A DNA stretch of 63,085 nt, counting the filler, from Octopus bimaculoides (lineage: Eukaryota), in assembly GCF_001194135.2 (NCBI RefSeq). It is 8 parts of 8 records of this genome, joined end to end, with 100 filler letters (N's around TTAATTAATTAA, not from the genome) between each part and the next. Parts side by side here need not be neighbours in the genome. Positions count along the whole stretch, not along the records: positions 50,738 to 55,892 come from NC_068983.1; positions 55,993 to 58,872 come from NC_069000.1; positions 58,973 to 61,957 come from NW_026431103.1; positions 62,058 to 63,085 come from NW_026313633.1; 4 more parts are not named here. One strand, 5' to 3'. The position numbers and the translations under genes were made by a program. Shown in pieces: positions 54,049 to 63,085 of this stretch (within the stretch, counting starts at the first letter, position 1; every line of letters starts with the position of its first letter). The notes below the pieces were generated by a model, which was not told where the DNA came from, searched no databases, and worked only from the letters and a program-made list of their open reading frames with translations.

Positions 54049-54112
54049 GGGACTGAACCCGGAACCGTGTGGTTGGGAAGCAAGCTTCTTACCACACAGC
54101 CACTTCTGCGCT
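54049..54112 (-). mobile_element. tRNA-derived SINE head, 5' 64 bp
   Basis: The reverse complement reads GCGCAGAAGTGGCTGTGTGGTAAGAAGCTTGCTTCCCAACCACACGGTTCCGGGTTCAGTCCC. Confidence 0.85.
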
Positions 54113-54134
54113 TATATACGCACACACACGCGCA

Positions 54135-54182
<48 letters not shown>

Positions 54183-54414
54183 CCGGAGTAAGCACATAAA
54201 ATGTGCAACAAGGTGGAAAAAAGGGTAGTTAAATACCAGAGGTAGAGTAATATGCTTTATTTAAAAACAGCAGAGTAACTCCGAGTAACAGTCTTTTGTT
54301 ATATTTCTGCTGNNNNNNNNNNNNNNNNNNNNNNNNNNNNNNNNNNNNNNNNNNNNNNNNNNNNNNNNNNNNNNNNNNNNNNNNNNNNNNNNNNNNNNNN
54401 NNNNAACACATATA

Positions 54415-54552
54415 TATGACGGGTTTCTTTCAGTTTCGTTCTGCCAAATCCACTCACAAGGTTTTGGTCTGCATGGAGATATAGTGGAAGAGACTTGCCC
54501 AAGGTGTCATGCGTTGAGACTGAAGCTGGAGCCATTTGGTCGGGAAGTAAAC
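54415..54552 (-). mobile_element. tRNA-derived SINE head, diverged
   Basis: GACGGGTTTCTTTCAGTTTC...CACTCACAAGG...CTTGCCCAAGGTGTCATGCG is a reverse-complement homolog of 34462. Confidence 0.7.
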
Positions 54553-55409
54553 GAGCCCCCAAAACCCCGCACATAAAGGCACTTCTTCTCATGTTGAGAA
54601 CTATTGCGCTACAACTCCGACTAAATGAACCCCGATATGCAAATTCTATCAATATCCGTGTCATCAATTCTTTTCCATTTAGAATATGTGTGCGAGTGTT
54701 GTCAATGTTTCAGTCTTTGAGATTCAGAGTTATCACCCCTTGCCTCTGTTGTACAGATTTATGTTTCCAAAGCCTTGATTAATAAAAGCTTTCTCGCAGC
54801 GCCATGCCAAATGTGTTAATACTTTCATAGCTATTTACAGTTTATTATAGTCTTTAATGTTGTAAATCTGTTAACCGTGCGTCTCCCCTAAACCACCCCC
54901 GTAAACTCTATTAAGTGTTCCATTGAAGTCTCTTTACAACCGAAAGAGACAATAAGGCCGTCAGTGTCTTCGGTTGCATTACTAACTCCCTCATTGTCTA
55001 CTTTAATTTATGTGACACTCCAGAGTTATCCAGTGAAATTTCACTGTAATAAACGACGTTTTCGCCCAACAAAACACGTATTGTTGCAGCTCACTTCCTC
55101 TTCCTTTGAAAAAAAATCTTCTGGATTTAATCAAAATAGTTTTCTAAAAGAAATACAGTTAAGAAACAATTATAAACGATTTCTGTATTTTTCATATTAT
55201 TAAACTTGTAATTATATTGTTTCTATATATATTTTTTTCATTCTCTGGCATTAAACAGCCAGACCCCTGAAAGTTCCCCTAATAATCTCAAACGGAATAA
55301 ACGAAAAAAATAAAGAAAATTAAAGACTACAATAAACTTTATGGTATTAGCTTCCTGCAGTAAATCTCTCTCTCTCTCTCTCACACACACACAAACACAC
55401 TCGTTGTTG

Positions 55410-55459
<50 letters not shown>

Positions 55460-55851
55460 TTATCTATCTATCTATCTCTCCCTGCCTCAACACACTCGCG
55501 AGTGTTTGTGTAGATTGAACTTAAGAACCGTGAAATCAGTCGGGGTTTTTCTTGCTTTACTTTCAATATTCGGGTATTTTTATTTTTATTTTTATTTTTA
55601 TCTTATGTTTGCCTCCTTTTTTTCTTCTTCATGGCGTAAATAGGATATTTGGAGAAATCTTCAGCATTGTGCACACACAACATCCCTCGTACATAAATTA
55701 CGTATGTACGCATGAATGGTGTATGTACATGCCTATGTGTGTATACGTATGTATGTATGTACGTAAGTAGGCACGTAGATAGACAGATAGGCATATACAT
55801 ATGTATGTGTATGCGTACGTACGCATATCTGTGTACTTACGGATGTATGAT

Positions 55852-55883
<32 letters not shown>

Positions 55884-56424
55884 TATATATATNNNNNNNN
55901 NNNNNNNNNNNNNNNNNNNNNNNNNNNNNNNNNNNNTTAATTAATTAANNNNNNNNNNNNNNNNNNNNNNNNNNNNNNNNNNNNNNNNNNNNTTTTTCCA
56001 ATGTTTTTCACCAAATCTTCAGAATGACAGGAGGTATCTTTTCATGAAAAAGAAGAAAAAAATTTGGAAATTTTTTTCGCTCCTGCCACACCCTCACCAC
56101 TCCTGTCCGAAACGATTTTGGCCCTTTTTTTTTCCACTATGCACTTCAAACCCGTGAGAGAAACATTTTCGGTCTAAAAAACGATTGTTAATAATTTCAG
56201 AAGAAAACGTGTGATTTAAGGGCGATCTGGCTGTTGTTTCTAGCACATCCCAAAATCACCTTCCTTGTTTCTTTCTCACTCACACATCTATTGATATTTT
56301 TCAATATTTTTCTCCCCCATAAACAAATTTTATGGAACGATGATGTTAAAGTAACACACATGTAGTCCCAACTGAGCGAGGCCATGTTATGTATGTGTGT
56401 GAGAGAGAGAAAAAACACCTTAAA

Positions 56425-57373
56425 AAACACCTTTAGTGTTCATATTAATCTGTCAAATATAATGCTTATTTGTTCATGTTATTTTGAACATCAGGTTCAA
56501 GAATGGTGTCCACAGTATTTGCTCATAATTTTTTTTTTTTCTTTACATACAAATTTGAGATTTTGTCAGTGGGTGCTTTATATACCACTGGTTTATTGTT
56601 ATGTAATTTTAGCTGATATCTTGCTGAGTAAATTTGACTTTCATGGGCAGGTAAATCTAATTAACAGGTGTAAAAGCAATAACATTATGGATAAATGCTA
56701 AAATTGAAATTCTAAATACATCTTACCTGTTTGATTTGTTACTAAAATTATCCCAGATGGCAACCAACAAAAATTTTGCCACTTTTCAAGATGAGATACA
56801 CTAATTTGAATTAATTAAAATATAGGTATAATCGGTACAGAATTTTATTCCTTGGTGTGGAATAGTTTTTTTCCACAGTTTTTTCGGGTGCAATCAATGT
56901 ATCTGACCTCCGCAAGCCACTTTTGTTCAGAAAAGAAAGGTGGGAGGGGTAGTGAGGACCTCGAAGTTTCCAACCAAAGGAGTTTTGTTTCGCGAGATTT
57001 TTTTCCAGGTTATTTTGCATGCTTTCAATGTGACATTGAAATCACGTGTAAACAGCTCCTTTTCTGGAAAAGAAAAGATTTGGCTGCTATTTCTAGCATG
57101 CCCTGCTATCACGTAACAGCTATTTGCTTTCACACTGAAATATTTACCCACTTTTTTCCTTCTGTTTATTTTTTCCACTTTATGGATGTCAATATTTTCT
57201 CTGTTGATATCTACCTCAGTTAATTTTGCTTTTCTCCCAGTTCTGTGCTTTATAGAAGAGCCCTCACATTATCTCAAAGCTACGAGAATTCAATAATGTA
57301 ATTTGTTTAATTTTTCAAAAGGTTTCATAGAGGATACAACAGGTTTTGGCCAGTTTAAACACGAGAGGGTTAA
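56425..57373. mobile_element. Possible interrupted piggyBac-like MITE
   Basis: The right end is GAGGGTTAA; the left remnant CCTTTAGTGTTCATATTAATCTGTCAAATATAATGC is only weakly inverted-similar to it. The assignment relies partly on a recalled consensus. Confidence 0.3.
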
Positions 57374-58664
57374 GAAGTGCCAAAACCATAAAATCAGCTT
57401 TTTTGAGGCTTTAGAACCTAAAGGCTATAGATTTTTTTTTTTTTTTTTTTTTTTCCTTAAGAGTTAAAAAATTGTTGATTTTTTTAGTTTTAAATTTCAA
57501 AGGGTCTAAAAAAAGGCTGATTTCATAGTTTTGGCCCTTTTGTAGGTTTTGAAAGGCTTTTAGAACCAGAAAAGGGTAAAAAGAAAAAAAAAAAAGACTC
57601 AGATGAAGCACAATATTAGTATTAAACTAAAAAATGTTTATTGATAAAGTGGCCGTAAAAAAAAAAATTTTTTAAATGAGAAACATGATACATACTTAAT
57701 TTAATTTTTCCTTTTCTTCATTTTGTTGATGAGATTCATGTCGCCCTTCATGAAAATTCACATACTAAAATTTTCATCAGACAAGGACGATCTCTTGGCA
57801 CTCAAGATTTCCTTGCCCATGGAAAATAAACAGTCAATTGCAGCACTTTATTAATTAATGATTAACAGATTAATGGACTTACACCCAGCTCTGTGTATAT
57901 GAATATATAGACAAATGTGAAAGACATATATATATATTTGTGAAAAGGGAGGATGTTGTCTCACAAGCAGTTGTCCAAGCAAAAGTGTTAGTAAATGTGG
58001 TCGGACTGACCTGAGAATTTGCTCACCTTTGTTAAAAGTGCTAGTGAGTTTGTATGGCAAATATGAGTTTGTTCAATTGAAAGGCGTGACCTCTCGGGCA
58101 AAACTCCTCATCTTTAAAATGGACTTTTGACAAGTGTTTGTGTTCCTCTCTTTCGACATAACAGCCTTTCTTCCTAAATCTCTCTTTTGCCTCCCTTCCC
58201 TTCACTTTGTCTCTAGAATGGAATCCTTCTCCATCTTCGCTATCTCTCTGTCACTCTTTCTCCCCTGCCTCTCTCTCTGTACGTCTGTGTGTATCTATAG
58301 AGAGAAAGCGATTACAGCTGCCAGTTTTCCTATACGTGGCAAGTAATGTCCTAGAAATAACAGCCAAATCAAGTGTATTAAAATATACATATGTACATAC
58401 ATACATATAAACATACATGCATATATACATACATACATACATACATACATACATACATAAAAAGAACAAAACTGGCGACCATCTGTGTTTAATGGAGAGA
58501 GGAATAACAAAGTATATAACTATATTGTGTTGAAAATACATTTCACTCTCTTGAAGATCAAATATTCCCGCCACAAGGCTTTTAGAATGGTGAATTATTA
58601 TCGCCCATCACCACCGCACCATCATGATAACGGATATTAATCAGATATTTATTGTGTTAATATA

Positions 58665-58708
<44 letters not shown>

Positions 58709-58972
58709 AACATATGTATATATAATGTGTACATATATATTTATAATGTGTGTATATATATATATATAATGTATATATATATAAGTGTGTGTATATATAT
58801 GTAAAGTGCATATATTTATATATATATATGTGTGTGTATATGTATATATAATGCATATATATATATATATATNNNNNNNNNNNNNNNNNNNNNNNNNNNN
58901 NNNNNNNNNNNNNNNNTTAATTAATTAANNNNNNNNNNNNNNNNNNNNNNNNNNNNNNNNNNNNNNNNNNNN

Positions 58973-59258
58973 TATTTCTGGCGAGGATGTAGTCGATTTG
59001 GCTAGAGTGTCTGCCTGAGCGGTAGGTGACTAGGTGACTGGCAGGTTTCCTGAAGTAGGTATTGCAGACCATAAGATCGGTTGCATCACAGAACTCCAGC
59101 AGTCTGGTTCCCTCCTCATTGCGGGAACCGAAGCCATAGCTTCCATGTATGCCATGGAAGCCTCCAGCACAACGTCCGACATGACCATTGAAGTCTCCAG
59201 TCACAAAGAGAAGGTCCCTGTCACTCGTCGACGAGGTAGTTTGCAAGAGGGTGTCATA
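58973..59258 (-). mobile_element. RTE-clade LINE apurinic endonuclease fragment
   Basis: LLFVTGDFNGHVG...GYGFG-like SYGFGSRNEEGTRLLEFCDATDLMVCNTYFRKPASHLVTYRSGRHSSQIDYIL has the APE GDFN and QIDY motifs; truncated by a scaffold join. Confidence 0.9.
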
Positions 59259-59981
59259 AATATAATAGATACAATAGAAAAGGTTCAAATCAGGCAGACT
59301 ATGATTAACACATACATATACGTATTTAATTAAGATAAAATAAGAATTATCCAATCTGAAACATATACTGATATATTAGAAATATAGAAATATAAAAATA
59401 TATGAATACTAAAAATATACATGGACATATAGATATATAGACATGTAAACATAATAATAATAGAATATGGATAAAAGTAATGAAATATAGAAAAAAGACA
59501 TTTTTTAAAAATTCAAAATATTATTTAGATTAAGTAATAGGCATTAAAAAGAGTTTTGGGTAACATGTTAGAGGAAAATAAGGTTTTCCAATGATCATTT
59601 CAGGAGTGCATTCGTGCAGATTACATATGAATCTTAAGATCTATTTCCATAGAATGCTCCCATCATCAGGAAAAATAGTTTTTTATGCTAGGTTTGGATT
59701 TAGTCCCTTACCAGGTATAAGATAATTTGATACTTTATAGAAGAATGGATAAAGCTATGTAAATATATGGAAGTTTTTATGAAGGCTGATGGGAGAAAAA
59801 TTAGATTATTTACTGACTTTCTTAAAATTTATATTTGTATTGGCGATATATTGTTGTGCAAGAGAAAATATTGCTTAGTGGGTTCGAATTTGAATCGTCT
59901 CATGAAAGTTGAATAGTATCTATGGTTGCAGGAATGAATAGCATCAGAAAACTCCAATTATGAAGAAAATAGAGGATGAAA

Positions 59982-60205
59982 CCAATAAACTGTCTACCCT
60001 ATCTGAAAGGCCTCTCTGAAAAAATACAAAAGATATGCGGCCCATATGACATCAGGATAGTATCAAGAGTAATACCTTAGGAATGAGAACCCAGGTTTGA
60101 AATTTCCCTAAGACACCTGATGAAGGCTGGAGGGTATATCAGCCGAAACATTGTGTTAACAACAAACAAGAGGACAAATATCTGTCAAATGTAAATAATG
60201 TATCA
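59982..60205 (+). mobile_element. Internally deleted Penelope-like element (RT C-terminal linker fused to terminal repeat)
   Basis: CLPYLKGLSEKIQKICGPYDIRIV (LPYxxGxSExIxR motif of Penelope-like elements) is followed immediately by the hammerhead-bearing repeat shared with 30340-30442. Confidence 0.75.
60112..60157 (+). ncRNA. Type I minimal hammerhead motif, family A
   Basis: Layout: GACAC-CTGATGA-A-GGCTG[GAGGGTATAT]CAGCC-GAA-ACAT-T-GTGTT. Stem I is GACAC/GTGTT and stem II has 5 bp. Confidence 0.7.
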
Positions 60206-60789
60206 GAAAACTTATTTAAAACAGTGGAATTAAAAATGTGAATGATAATGTATGATTCTTTTATACACAATCGATATCTACCAGTAATTGTATGGTGGGG
60301 CCTCATCAATGATTGACCAAGACTATGTAGAGTTAATGTTCTGTAATTTTAAATTGTGTGTGTACCTGGCTAATGCTGTAGAATTTTTTGTTTTAACTTA
60401 TTAAAGGAATTTACATATATTCTATATCATTTTTTGAAACCTTTAGGGCTTCCTGTGTGTACCCTAGCTTGATGTTTATCGTTTGTCACTATACATTTAT
60501 AGATTACATTTTTGCATAGACGTAAACCTGCAAGTAGACATAATTCAGAGGCCCTACAATTACACGTTTTTGTGTTCCTATCTATAATTTTTAGTTTTAT
60601 TCATATTATTTGGACTTGTATGGGATATCCTATAGTGATCTACGCTTTTAGTTGTTTGGAGTTGAATTTTATTTCTGTTTGTAGATGTGATAGTTGAACC
60701 CAAATTAGGCGTGGTAGAGTAAGATAATCTTATAGAATGTTTATTAAATATAGGGTAGTATTTATGGAGGTTGGGGAAATTTAGTTGAA

Positions 60790-61625
60790 GAATTTTGAAG
60801 AACTGTTTTGGTAGATGTTTGTCTCAGAGAGAAAGTTCTTTTTTAATTTAAAATAAACTCATCTTCATTTTCTACAATGCTCTTCCATCTCTAGTAGACT
60901 TGCAAGGTCCCTCTTCCAAAACTCACTTGTCCATGATGAAAAATACTCCTCTGGTACTGTTCTGACCTTGTCTACAGAATTCATATTTTTCCCGTTTAAA
61001 TGATTTTGAAGACTGCAGAATAAATGATAATCAGATGGGGCAATGTCCGGTTGAATATTGTGGGTGGGGCATCATTTCCCATTCAAACTGCTCCAGCCTT
61101 TGGAAATAATCCTCTCTGTATGTAGCCAAGCATTATTCTGATGGAAGAACAACTTTTGTCTTGAAACCAAAGACGTTCATTTTTCTTCTAGCACTGACTT
61201 AAGCCATTCAAGCTATTCACAGTAGATCTCCTTTGTTATCATTTGGTTTAGAGTTAAAAGTTCTAAGTGGACTAAACCTTTCATATCCTACCAAACAGAT
61301 AGCAACACTTTATGTAGGTGAAGACCTTTAGCCTAGGGTGCCAGTGTTTCTCCTTTCCCTACCAACTGTCTTTGGTGCTTGACATTTTTATAGAGAACCC
61401 ATTTCTTGTCACCAGTCACTATTCAGTCCAAAATGGTTCATTCGTGAGATGTGACAGCAAAGAAGAGCACACATTCACTCTATGTGCAAAATATGCTCCT
61501 TTGTCACTTCCATTATAGCTTTGAAGAAAATAACTGTTAAAATCGAACTGCACTCTTCCTAACTTGCACTAGGAATAAGATTAATGTAAAATTACTACCT
61601 GTTATTATAGCAAGTTGATGCGGGT
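60790..61625 (-). mobile_element. Internally deleted mariner relic (second subfamily)
   Basis: MEVTKEHI (ATG at 61513) is fused to HRVNVCSSLL...VTGDKKWVLYKNVK...KVLLSVW*DMKG...EIYCE...FHQNNA...DIAPSDYHLFCSLQNHLNGK. Confidence 0.85.
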
Positions 61626-61644
61626 AGTTTATCCCATCCCTCTC

Positions 61645-61920
61645 TGACTTTTAGTTCTGACTTCAATGCACTTGTTGTAGCACTCCAGCCATTTCAGGAA
61701 GGCCTCATGGAAATCCTCCAAAGTGAAATTGTCCAGGACTCTTGTCACAGTGTCCTTCATCTTCTCAAGGTGTTCAAAATGACTACTCCTCTGGTTCTTC
61801 AGTTTGGGAAACAACCAAAAGTTACAAGGAGCAAGGTCTGGACTGTAGGAAAAGTGAGGGAGAGTTTTGATGCCCATCTCTGTCAAGTAGTTGATTATCA
61901 AGATGGTGCCTGTGCCCTGA
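61645..61920 (-). mobile_element. Mariner transposase C-terminal fragment
   Basis: NYLTEMGIKTLPHFSYSPDLAPCNFWLFPKLK...KWLECYNKCIEVR; same family as 28830-29500. Confidence 0.88.
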
Positions 61921-61925
61921 CCTAA

Positions 61926-61957
<32 letters not shown>

Positions 61958-62932
61958 NNNNNNNNNNNNNNNNNNNNNNNNNNNNNNNNNNNNNNNNNNN
62001 NTTAATTAATTAANNNNNNNNNNNNNNNNNNNNNNNNNNNNNNNNNNNNNNNNNNNNAAAGGTACATCTGATGATAGAGACAGGTGAACTTGTTTGCTTA
62101 GTTGGTAATAGTCAGTGTTAGATATATATATATATATATTTTTAAAAAATCCCATTTGCATATGTGTGAATGCATATTTATACGTGTGTGTACGTGCGTG
62201 TATGTAGTTGTTGACAAAGTGTTGTAGTCTGTCTTCGATGCTAGTCACAAATGAAGCACCATTTATATCCACTTATCCACACTCAACCTTTCGTTTTACT
62301 CTAGCTTGCTTGCAATAGCAGCCATTGCTACCATAGAGCAGATTTACAAATAGCTTATAGACAGTTCCTTTGTCTCTTTCTTTTATTTCATTGTAATTTT
62401 TTTTCTTTCCTATTTTCTTTTTTTATTCTCTATCTCTTTCTTTAACATTAATTTTCATTCCATATTTCATTTTATTCTTGATATTCTTTTCTTCTGGTCT
62501 TTTCCTTCATCTTTTTTGGTTTATTTCTTCATTTTTGTCTTTTCTTTTCATCTTCTTTGATTACTTCTTAATTTTTTTTTATCTTTACTTTCCTTCTTTA
62601 TTTTCTTCGTTTTCTTCATCATTATCATCGTCATCATCAGCATTTCCAGTGTTGTCATTCATTTTAACAGTTTCATTTCAGTTCAAAATTTCTTCAAAAA
62701 TCAAATTTTCATTTTCAATTTTCGAAAATATTAAAAATTAAAATAAAATTTTTTTTTTTAATTTAAAAATTGAATCAACACAAACATTTAAGAGGAGTGA
62801 TATTGTAGATCAAAAGAGATCAGTGGCACCAACTCAGCAAAGAAACAAATGTTGGATGCTGGAATTTCAGCTGCCATCATAGCAATGATTTCAACTAAAC
62901 ATTACCGCAGTTTCATTGATGATGGTGCAGTA

Positions 62933-63085
62933 GGCGCATGGCTCATTGGTTAGAGCATCGGGCTCACAATCATGAGGTACTGAGTTCGAATCCCGGACCG
63001 AGCTGTGCATTGTGTTCTTGAGCAAGGCACTCTATTTTCATGTTGCTCCAGTTCACTCAGCTGTAGAAATGAGTTGCAATGTCAC
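62933..63085 (+). mobile_element. tRNA-derived CORE-like SINE (runs off the window)
   Basis: A box TGGCTCATTGG, B box GAGTTCGAATCC, then TTGTGTTCTTGAGCAAGGCAC...GCTCCAGTTCACTCAGCTG. Confidence 0.85.

Noticed and set aside
57745-57782. Minus-strand CTGATGA followed by a hairpin
   Set aside because: No GAAA follows the hairpin.
59630-59672. Minus-strand CTGATGA...GAAA candidate near the Penelope-like relic
   Set aside because: Stem II is not flush, and stems I and III are mismatched. It may be a very decayed relic but cannot be supported.
62933-63005. tRNA gene (and similar heads at 16753, 34462, 39383, 54049)
   Set aside because: A and B boxes are present, but there is no acceptor stem or cloverleaf and the sequence continues into a shared SINE body.

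Overview
AT-rich, gap-ridden, microsatellite-dense animal genomic DNA. The repeat landscape looks like a coleoid cephalopod (Octopus-type) draft assembly; this is inference from recalled repeat families, not a search result. The only host coding sequence I can support is one 144-nt, phase 0-0 exon on the minus strand (18790-18933) of a NOL4/NOL4L-like gene. The rest is intron-like sequence filled with decayed mobile elements: several mariner (DD34D) relics including a fold-back derivative and a 232-bp MITE, two copies of a non-autonomous maT (DD37D) element, fragments of R4/Dong-like, HERO-like, RTE and Penelope-like retroelements, and many tRNA-derived SINEs. The most interesting signal is a set of type I minimal hammerhead-ribozyme motifs with palindromic stem III, in at least two families. 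One family sits in Penelope-like terminal repeats (30385-30430, 60112-60157). The other has a non-canonical CCGACGA core (12638-12688, 51953-51998, partial at 53397-53424). Seven N44-TTAATTAATTAA-N44 blocks are artificial scaffold joins, so long-range order across them is uncertain. Almost all ORFs in the supplied track are microsatellite or N-run artefacts.
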